Source: Desulfuromonadales bacterium
GTDB taxonomy: Bacteria > Desulfobacterota > Desulfuromonadia > Desulfuromonadales > JBFHXN01
DNA length: 39,693 nt
Assembly (NCBI GenBank): GCA_041598955.1
Contig: JBFHXN010000001.1
Location: 1-39,693, forward strand
Direction: 5' to 3'
Below are positions 24,287-30,770 of the stretch, in pieces (positions within the stretch are counted from its first letter, which is position 1; every line of letters starts with the position of its first letter). The position numbers and the translations under genes were made by a program. The notes below the pieces were generated by a model that was given only the letters and a program-made list of their open reading frames with translations, was not told the origin of the DNA and ran no database searches.

Positions 24287-25767
24287 AACTTCAATTCCTT
24301 TCGCATCCTGTCGTGCCCCAGAATGTTTCCGCAGACGAGGTAGCCGGAGAGCACCGCGCCGAGAACCCCCGGCGCCACGACCCCCTGGCCGGCCAGCCAG
24401 ACTCCCGGGATGCGGGTGGCGGGTTGGGGGTTGAATTGTCCGGCCTTGTGCTTGACCCCGTAGAGACCACCTCGGGGCGCCTGGGTGAAGTCGCGCATGG
24501 TCAGGGGGGTCGCCCCTTCCCTGAAAAGGCACTGCCCCTTCAGCTCCGGGATCTCTCCCTCGATGCGACTCCAGAGGCGACCCATCACCTCCTCTTTGTA
24601 CCGCCGGTAGGCTTCGGGCCGGCTTCGACTCCCGGAATCCGCCCAGCGCTCAACCTCCCGGTAGTCGGCGGGACAGATGACGATCAAGCCGCCGGCCCCA
24701 TCTCCCCCTTCCGCCGGCGATGCGGCGGTGACGTAAAGACAGCGCCCCTCGAGGCTCCCTTCGGTCAAAACCGGCGGCCAGGACTCCTCCCCGCCGAGAA
24801 AGAGATTTCTTTTGTTCAGACGGTCCACCGGCTTCTCGGTCACGGCGTAAAGGACAAATGCCGAGGCAGTCTCCTCCAGTCTTTCCAGCCGATGGCGATA
24901 GGCGGGACGCAACGATGCATCGCGCACCAGATTCAGAAAGAGGTGGGGATGGATCGTGGAGACGCAGCCGCTGCAGGGCAGGTCAGTGCCGTCCTCGAGC
25001 CGTATCCCGGAAAGGCCGCCCGACGGGGAGAGCAGAACCTTCTCCGCCCCCCTCCCCAGGAACAGCTCAACCCCCAACTGGCCGAGCCGTTTCTCAAAGG
25101 CCTTGGCCAGGCTCAGCCCCCCGCCCCGCAATCCGTACACCGACTGGTAATAGGTTCCGACCACGGCGGCATGCTGGGAAAAGGAGACCTCTTCCGGCGA
25201 CACCCCGTAGAGAAGGGCGTGGAGGGAGAGCAGCCTCTTGAGAGGGGCGGACGCCGTCAACCGGTCGAGAACCTCGCCCAGGGTTTCGGAATGCACCTGT
25301 CCGAGGGCCGAGAAGCTCTCCCAGGACGCGTCGAGGTTGAGGTAGGGAAAGGTGTCGCAGACCTCGCGGACCTTGCGCAAATACTCGGCCACCCCCCGGG
25401 CTTCACTGGGGAAGGCGTCGCTGAGGGCCTCTCCCAGGGACTCATAGCCGAAAGGGAAGCCAAACTCCTTCTCGGTGCCAGGTCCGCGATAACCGTCGAA
25501 GCCGGCCTGGTCGAAGGGGTATTTGGAAAGATCGCCGGAGAGCCCCAGATGGCGGAAGGAGAGGTCGAGTGTTTCCCCATCCCCGAGGCCACCGGTGTAG
25601 TGAAAGCCCGTATCGAAATAGACCCCCTTGCGGGAAAAGCCGCGCAGCAGGGGGGCGAGCTTCGGCGCCTTCTCCACCAGTGCCACCCGAAATCCGGCCT
25701 GGGCCAAAAGCACCGCGGTCGTCATCCCGGAAACGCCGGCGCCGATGACCACGTAGTCGAAGCTCAT
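24277..25767 (-). CDS. FAD/NAD(P)-dependent oxidoreductase, phytoene desaturase (CrtI)-like family
   Basis: N-terminal dinucleotide fold DYVVIGAGVSGMTTAVLLAQAGFRVALVEK. About 496 aa. C-terminal GVWLAGQGVVAPGVLGAVLSG is typical of the CrtI/amine-oxidase fold. Confidence 0.85.
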   Translation of the reverse strand: MSFDYVVIGAGVSGMTTAVLLAQAGFRVALVEKAPKLAPLLRGFSRKGVYFDTGFHYTGGLGDGETLDLSFRHLGLSGDLSKYPFDQAGFDGYRGPGTEKEFGFPFGYESLGEALSDAFPSEARGVAEYLRKVREVCDTFPYLNLDASWESFSALGQVHSETLGEVLDRLTASAPLKRLLSLHALLYGVSPEEVSFSQHAAVVGTYYQSVYGLRGGGLSLAKAFEKRLGQLGVELFLGRGAEKVLLSPSGGLSGIRLEDGTDLPCSGCVSTIHPHLFLNLVRDASLRPAYRHRLERLEETASAFVLYAVTEKPVDRLNKRNLFLGGEESWPPVLTEGSLEGRCLYVTAASPAEGGDGAGGLIVICPADYREVERWADSGSRSRPEAYRRYKEEVMGRLWSRIEGEIPELKGQCLFREGATPLTMRDFTQAPRGGLYGVKHKAGQFNPQPATRIPGVWLAGQGVVAPGVLGAVLSGYLVCGNILGHDRMRKELKLCR

Positions 25768-26984
25768 TCGGAAAACCTCAGGACCAGGCAGGAGTTGGTC
25801 CCTCCAAAACCGGCCGAATTGCAGAGTACATGCTCCGGGGGTCGCGGTTGCACCTCGGTGACAATTTTCAGTCGGGCCGAACTCTCGTCCGGAGTTTCGA
25901 AATTGGCGTTGGGCGCGATGAACCCCTGCCGAGCCATGATCGTCGAGTAGACGACCTGGGAGGCGCCGGACATCCAGAGTTCATGCCCGGTCATCGACTT
26001 CAGTGACGACACCCAGGGGGTCCGGTTTCCGAAGACGGCGACGATGTTGTCCGCTTCAGCCGCATCTCCCGCCGGGGTTGAAGTGGCGTGGGCACAGAGA
26101 TAGTCGATATCGGCCGGCGTCCTGCCCGCTCCCTCCAGGGCCTTGCGCATCGCCCGCTGCAAGCCGTCCTGGCTCGGCACCGAAAGGTGGCTGCCATCCG
26201 AGGAGAAGGCGTAGGAGCAGACTTCGCCGAGGATGGTGGCGCCCCGGGCCTTGGCCAGGTCATATCGCTCCAGGACCAGGGCTGCCGCCCCGCCGCTCGG
26301 AACCAGGCCGTCACGATTGGCGTCGAAGGGACGGCTGGCGGCGTGGGGCTCATCGGTGCGGGTGGAAAAGGCGTTCAAGGCGTCGAAACTGCACATCGAT
26401 TCCCAATTCACTTCCTGCGCCCCGCCGCAGATCATGCGCTCCTGGCGACCCAGGGCGATGAGATCGGCGGCTTGACCGACGGCATGCCCACCGCTGGAGC
26501 AGGCACTGCTGATGGTCCAGCAGGCGCCTCGGGTCTGCAGCAGGGTGTTGAGATTCATGGTGATGCAGGAGGTCATGGAACGAAAGACAAAACCGCTGCC
26601 GATCTGTTTCGTTTCCCCCTTCTCGCGCAGGATGTCGACCTGTTCGATGGCGGCGATGCAGCTGGAGTCGCAGCCGAAGATCATTCCCGTATTCTCGTTC
26701 CGGATCTCTTCCTCTTCCAGGCGGGCCAACGCCAAGGCATCCCGGGCGGCGGAGTAAGCGTGGATGGCGAAGTCGGGCATGGTTTTTCGCTGTTTTTTGG
26801 ACAGCACGGCGGCGGCGTCAAACCCCCGAATCGCGCCGGTCAAGGGACTGCGGAAGCCAAGCCGGAGCCGCTCTTCGTCAACAACGATCCCCGACCGTCC
26901 CTGGCGCAGAGCATCCCCGACAGTGGTCAAATCCTGCCCGAGGCAGGAGACGATACCAATTCCCGTAATAGCGACCCTGTACAT
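25764..26984 (-). CDS. beta-ketoacyl-ACP synthase (FabB/FabF-like)
   Basis: TISSACSSGGHAVG (Cys), CAHATSTPAGD and GHELWMSG (His, His). Its stop overlaps the downstream start as ATGA (25764-25767). Confidence 0.9.
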   Translation of the reverse strand: MYRVAITGIGIVSCLGQDLTTVGDALRQGRSGIVVDEERLRLGFRSPLTGAIRGFDAAAVLSKKQRKTMPDFAIHAYSAARDALALARLEEEEIRNENTGMIFGCDSSCIAAIEQVDILREKGETKQIGSGFVFRSMTSCITMNLNTLLQTRGACWTISSACSSGGHAVGQAADLIALGRQERMICGGAQEVNWESMCSFDALNAFSTRTDEPHAASRPFDANRDGLVPSGGAAALVLERYDLAKARGATILGEVCSYAFSSDGSHLSVPSQDGLQRAMRKALEGAGRTPADIDYLCAHATSTPAGDAAEADNIVAVFGNRTPWVSSLKSMTGHELWMSGASQVVYSTIMARQGFIAPNANFETPDESSARLKIVTEVQPRPPEHVLCNSAGFGGTNSCLVLRFSE

Positions 26985-27057
26985 GGATCCCTTCCGATGG
27001 TGGATAAAATCGATAGTGGACTTCTATGGGAGGATGCCCGGTGACCGATGGAAGGAT

Positions 27058-27795
27058 CTACATGTAAGCGCCGCCATTGACGGAGAATACCTGGCCTGTA
27101 ATGTAGGTTGCCTTCTCGGAGCAGAGGAAACTGACCATGTCCGCCACCTCCTGGGGTGTCCCGATCCGCCCCAGGGGAATCATGGGGAGAATTCGTTCCC
27201 GGGGGAGATCCTGAATCATCTCCGTCTCGATGAAACCGGGAGAAACGGCATTGACCAGGACGTTCCGCCGGGCCACCTCGGCCGCCAGGGACCGGGTCGC
27301 GCCGATGAGGCCGGCCTTGGCCGTGCTGTAGTTGACCTGGCCGGGGACGCCACTTTCTCCAGAGGTGGACACGATATTGATGATCCTGCCTTGCCGCCTT
27401 TTCAACATCTGTGTGAGTACCGTCTTGGTTGCGTAAAAGAATCCGTCCAAATGAACCGCGAGGACATCCTTCCACTCCCGATCCTTCATCCAGACCATCA
27501 GGCCGTCGCGGGCAAAACCGGCGTTATTGACCAAGGCGAAGGGAGTTGCCGTTTCCAGCAGGGGCTCGAGTGCCTTTCGCGTCGCCTCTGCATCGGCCAC
27601 ATCGAAGGGAAGCAGGCGGCATTGGCCGCCTGCTTCCTCGACCTTTCGGGCCACCTGCTCGGCGGCCTTCGAATCACTGCGAAAATTGAGCCAAATATCA
27701 AAACCGTTTCGGGCCAAATCCACGGCAATGGCGGCGCCTATTCCTTTGCTCCCGCCGGTTACAAGGGCTATTTTCCGTTTTTCTTCCGAACCCAT
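27058..27795 (-). CDS. fabG: 3-oxoacyl-ACP reductase (SDR, FabG family)
   Basis: TGGSKGIGAAIA cofactor motif, NNAG, catalytic S...YSTAK. 245 aa. Confidence 0.95.
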   Translation of the reverse strand: MGSEEKRKIALVTGGSKGIGAAIAVDLARNGFDIWLNFRSDSKAAEQVARKVEEAGGQCRLLPFDVADAEATRKALEPLLETATPFALVNNAGFARDGLMVWMKDREWKDVLAVHLDGFFYATKTVLTQMLKRRQGRIINIVSTSGESGVPGQVNYSTAKAGLIGATRSLAAEVARRNVLVNAVSPGFIETEMIQDLPRERILPMIPLGRIGTPQEVADMVSFLCSEKATYITGQVFSVNGGAYM

Positions 27796-27827
27796 CGCTC
27801 TCCCCCGTCTCCTTCAGCCGCTTTCTG

Positions 27828-27855
27828 AAAATAGTGGCCCGAATCAATAAGGCAA
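27828..27855 (-). promoter_or_regulatory. candidate sigma70-type promoter upstream of the KR gene
   Basis: The minus strand reads TTGCCT-16 nt-TATTTT about 35 nt upstream of the fabG-like ATG, with GGAGA as the RBS. This is a pattern match only. Confidence 0.25.
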
Positions 27856-27865
27856 AAAACCTTTT

Positions 27866-28462
27866 CTAATCCTTGACTTTGACAACCTTCCCGTCCTCCC
27901 CGAACTCGACGGCGATAGTGCCGAACCGATTGGTCCAGTAAACCCAGACCGGGGCGTTCAAGGAAGGAGTTTTATGGGCCGCGGGATAACCAAGGGCTGT
28001 CATGACACCGTCCCTGGTCATGCCGACCAAAGCCTTCCCTTCCTTGATCCCTTTCTGGTCTACGCTGGAAAACTTTTTGGCCGGGACGGCATCGGGTGAA
28101 GTGATTAAGGAAATATACTCATTCACCTTCATCCCCATGCGGGGCTCACTGTATTCGAAATCAACCAGGAAATCTTGATTTTTGCTGACAAAGGAAAAAC
28201 TTCGTCCTGATATTTTAGTGATCGTTATCGGAGATCCGGCCGGAACGATCAAATGAACTGGACCTGGATTCGTATAATTTGCATAGCTTGCTTGATAAAC
28301 CTTATTGCCTCTTCTGTCCAATTGTTGCTGGACGTGAATGTTGTACTTGGTATACGCAGCCTTCTCGATTGCAACAGCAGGAACACAACCAACCAGGCAA
28401 AAACTGAAGAATAAAACAATTGCCCATATACCCCTGGATCTTTGCTTAGACGCGGACATCAT
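27866..28462 (-). CDS. lipoprotein of unknown function, possible BamE/SmpA-OmlA-like C-terminal domain
   Basis: MMSASKQRSRGIWAIVLFFSFCLVGC has a lipobox L-V-G-C. C-terminal GMTRDGVMTALGYPA resembles the BamE-fold motif. G+C and codon usage are markedly lower than in the neighbours. RBS GGGGGAGG lies upstream. Confidence 0.7.
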   Translation of the reverse strand: MMSASKQRSRGIWAIVLFFSFCLVGCVPAVAIEKAAYTKYNIHVQQQLDRRGNKVYQASYANYTNPGPVHLIVPAGSPITITKISGRSFSFVSKNQDFLVDFEYSEPRMGMKVNEYISLITSPDAVPAKKFSSVDQKGIKEGKALVGMTRDGVMTALGYPAAHKTPSLNAPVWVYWTNRFGTIAVEFGEDGKVVKVKD

Positions 28463-28533
28463 TACCTCCCCCTAATGATTTATTTTCTCTGCGGAACAGA
28501 TCCCTCACTCTTTCCGAGAAAACTCCACGCGGC

Positions 28534-28562
28534 TTCTTAGCAAAAATGGTACCTTTGGTCAA
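28534..28562 (-). promoter_or_regulatory. candidate sigma70-type promoter for the lipoprotein-led operon
   Basis: The minus strand reads TTGACC-17 nt-TAAGAA about 70 nt upstream of the ATG at 28462. This is a pattern match only. Confidence 0.25.
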
Positions 28563-28856
28563 CCTAGATTTACCGACCCACTCTTCCCTGCGTCCAGAAT
28601 ACATTACCTTGCGGTTGCAGATCTACCCACCTTCACCCCTGTCATTTCCATGACACGGTTTTCCAGTGGCAATCCATGGCATGTTCCACCGTTGGGATCG
28701 CCCCGGATTCCCTGCTCACATCTACGACAGACAGCGATATCCGGGGTGAAAATTGAGACGCAAGAGGATGAGGATGGATGGGGAGAGAGGAACTCGGGAA
28801 GGATGTCAAGACCTTGGGGCGGTTGCTGGCAAGTGCGGCGCTTTCGGGGGTGGGGC

Positions 28857-28882
28857 GCTGGGGCGCAGCACCGCCCCCCAGC
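28857..28882 (-). terminator. GC-rich hairpin about 18 nt after the CoA-transferase B stop (possible operon-end terminator, no U-tract)
   Basis: The minus strand reads GCTGGGG-GGCGGTGCTGCG-CCCCAGC, a 7-bp outer stem plus inner pairs. It is followed by a C-rich rather than U-rich tail. Confidence 0.3.
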
Positions 28883-28900
28883 ACCCCGATTGCGCCGGCG

Positions 28901-29725
28901 TCAGTCGGCCTTTTTCACCTTGGGGATGAAAATCTGCTCCGGGTCGAGAACCTCGTGGATCAGGTGGAGCTCTTGCCGGGTCGGCGGCAAGGTCTCCCCG
29001 CCGACCCGGGAGATGTCGAGATCGAACTGGCAGAGCCCCTTGATCTCCTCGGGGGTTTTTCCGGGGTGGCAGGTGTCGAGGTACATCCGGCCGCTTGGCT
29101 CATCGAAGCGGAAGACCCCGGCGGTGCTGATCACCGCCGAGGGCCCCCCGCGGAAGGCGGCGCCGTAGAGTTCGCGACGCGGTACCATCTCCCCCCCCGG
29201 CCACTGTTTGACCCGCCACCCGGGGCTGGTGATGTAGCTGACGTTTTCGACAAAGCGCCGTGGCTCGTGGACCATGATGAAGACGGTACGCCGGGCGAAG
29301 GAGTTGATGTCGGGATTGCCGCCGCTGCCGGTCAGGCGCAGCTCAGGGTTCAGGTAGTCGCCGATGCAGGTGGTGTTGACATTGCCGTACTGGTCGACCT
29401 CGGCGCCGCCCAGAAATCCGAGATCGACATAGCCGCGCTGGGCGATGCTGAAGGCGTCGTAGAGCCCCGAGGCGCGGGAGGCCCCCATCTCGCAGCGGGC
29501 GTCCCCGACGGAGGTCGGAATCTGCGGCGGACGCCCATCGAGGGTGCCGGCCTCGAAGATCAGCTTGAGGTTCGGTGCATGGGTCTTCTGCGCCAGCATG
29601 ATCGCCACCATCGGCAGACCGGTGCCGGCAAAGACAATCTCGTGGTCCTGCACCTCGCGGGCGGCGGCGCAGCAAAGGAGGTCGGCGAGACCGAATTCTT
29701 CCGGGGATGCGTAGTCCTGGCTCAT
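28901..29725 (-). CDS. CoA-transferase subunit B (glutaconate/3-oxoacid CoA-transferase family I, beta)
   Basis: GGAEVDQYGNVN and LTGSGGNPD blocks. Candidate catalytic Glu region LIFEAGT. It is paired with an adjacent subunit A gene. Confidence 0.85.
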   Translation of the reverse strand: MSQDYASPEEFGLADLLCCAAAREVQDHEIVFAGTGLPMVAIMLAQKTHAPNLKLIFEAGTLDGRPPQIPTSVGDARCEMGASRASGLYDAFSIAQRGYVDLGFLGGAEVDQYGNVNTTCIGDYLNPELRLTGSGGNPDINSFARRTVFIMVHEPRRFVENVSYITSPGWRVKQWPGGEMVPRRELYGAAFRGGPSAVISTAGVFRFDEPSGRMYLDTCHPGKTPEEIKGLCQFDLDISRVGGETLPPTRQELHLIHEVLDPEQIFIPKVKKAD

Positions 29726-29726
29726 G

Positions 29727-30698
29727 TCAAAGCCCCCTTTTCACCGAGGTGGAATAGTTGAGTGCGGTATTCGCCCTGAGGCCCAGCATGCGGCCCCAGC
29801 CGAGTTTTTCCAGGTAGGCGAGGTGGTCGAGACCATGGATCCACTCCTGGGCGAAGGCGTCGTAGCCCTCCTGGGTGCGGGTCCTGCCGTAGAAGTCCTT
29901 GAGGAAGGCGCCATCGACGTCGTAGCGGCCGAACATCCCGGTGGGATGAGCACCGAAGGGGCATTCGAGGATATGGTCGACCTCGAAGCTGGGGATGGTG
30001 TTTTGGTCGGCCTGGCGGCGCAGGTATTCCTCGGGGACGATCTCCTCGGCCATGACGATGGTCAGATCGGCGGCGCGCGCCGCCTCGGGGTCGGAGTAAT
30101 ACTGGCCGCTGACCCGCACCGTCCCCTCCTCGCCGACCTGCTGCACGCACATCACGGCGATGTCGACCTTGGCCGCCGGCACCAGCACCTGGGCGCCGGC
30201 ACCGTAGAAGGGATCCTCGGTGAAGACATACTTCTGCCTGGCGATGCGCTGGCCGTCCCGCCTGCCGGCCTGGCCGAGCATGTCGTAGGCGGGGTTGTGG
30301 ATGTCCGTGCCCAGCGACGTCTGGGTCACCGCGTAGGGGGCTCCGCTGGCGGCAGCGGCGAAGCGGAACAGCATCTCGGCGTGGCTGTAGTCCTCGACGA
30401 TCATCTCCTTGGCCCCGACCTTGCGCGAGAGGTTGGCGCCGTACTTGCCGTAGAGCTCGTGGCCGACCCAGCACGACTCCCAGATATCGACGCAACCGGC
30501 GCCGACCAGGAATTCGGTCTGCGGGCCGCCGTTGACCTCGATCAGGTGCAGACCGCGGCGCTGCTGGCGGATCAGCTCGAAGATGATCGCCATCGGCCGG
30601 CGCCAGATGGTGAAGCCCGAGAAGGTCAGGCTCGATCCGTCCTTGATGATCTCGGCGGCCTGCTGAAGGGTGATGCGTTTGTCAGTGCTCATACTCAA
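29727..30698 (-). CDS. CoA-transferase subunit A (family I, alpha)
   Basis: ITLQQAAEIIKDGSSLTFSGF is a typical N-terminus. Length about 320 aa (GctA-like). It sits 1 nt upstream of subunit B. The track start appears to be TTG, and an ATG lies two codons in. Confidence 0.85.
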   Translation of the reverse strand: MSMSTDKRITLQQAAEIIKDGSSLTFSGFTIWRRPMAIIFELIRQQRRGLHLIEVNGGPQTEFLVGAGCVDIWESCWVGHELYGKYGANLSRKVGAKEMIVEDYSHAEMLFRFAAAASGAPYAVTQTSLGTDIHNPAYDMLGQAGRRDGQRIARQKYVFTEDPFYGAGAQVLVPAAKVDIAVMCVQQVGEEGTVRVSGQYYSDPEAARAADLTIVMAEEIVPEEYLRRQADQNTIPSFEVDHILECPFGAHPTGMFGRYDVDGAFLKDFYGRTRTQEGYDAFAQEWIHGLDHLAYLEKLGWGRMLGLRANTALNYSTSVKRGL

Positions 30699-30708
30699 CC
30701 TCCTGAAA

Positions 30709-30747
30709 TGGGACCTATAAGTCCCATAGGACCCATGGGTCCCATGC
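30709..30747. repeat. four tandem 9-bp units AT(G/A)(G/A)G(A/T)CC(C/T) forming adjacent palindromes, intergenic
   Basis: The plus strand reads ATGGGACCT ATAAGTCCC ATAGGACCC ATGGGTCCC ATG. It contains the perfect 14-bp palindrome GGACCCATGGGTCC. It shares the 11-mer ATGGGACCTAT with 35811-35821. Confidence 0.6.
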
Positions 30748-30770
30748 GATGACAGTCCGATTGAAGCTGA

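Noticed and set aside
22795-27795. Interpreting the KR-KS-KS-ACP genes as the housekeeping fab operon.
   Set aside because: There are no fabD, fabH, accB or accC neighbours. An interposed CrtI-like gene, Cys-less KS partners, and the MMPL/LolA/ligase/thioesterase context all match secondary-lipid (APE-type) clusters rather than primary FAS II.
1-28462. Calling the cluster a ladderane biosynthetic cluster.
   Set aside because: The resemblance is only at the level of enzyme classes (KS/ACP/DH plus B12-rSAM plus a CrtI-like enzyme). Ladderanes are known only from anammox Planctomycetes, and no sequence feature here demonstrates cyclobutane formation. I mention it as context, not as a call.
28642-28884. 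80-aa minus-strand ORF inside the 438-nt intergenic region.
   Set aside because: It has no RBS, no recognisable domain and a Pro/Ser-rich composition, and it overlaps the hairpin and leader motifs. It is more likely non-coding leader or terminator sequence.
30709-30747. Could the short tandem repeats be a degenerate CRISPR array or a minisatellite?
   Set aside because: The units are only 9 bp and directly abutting, with no spacers and no cas genes. They are better described as adjacent palindromes or REP-like operator elements.
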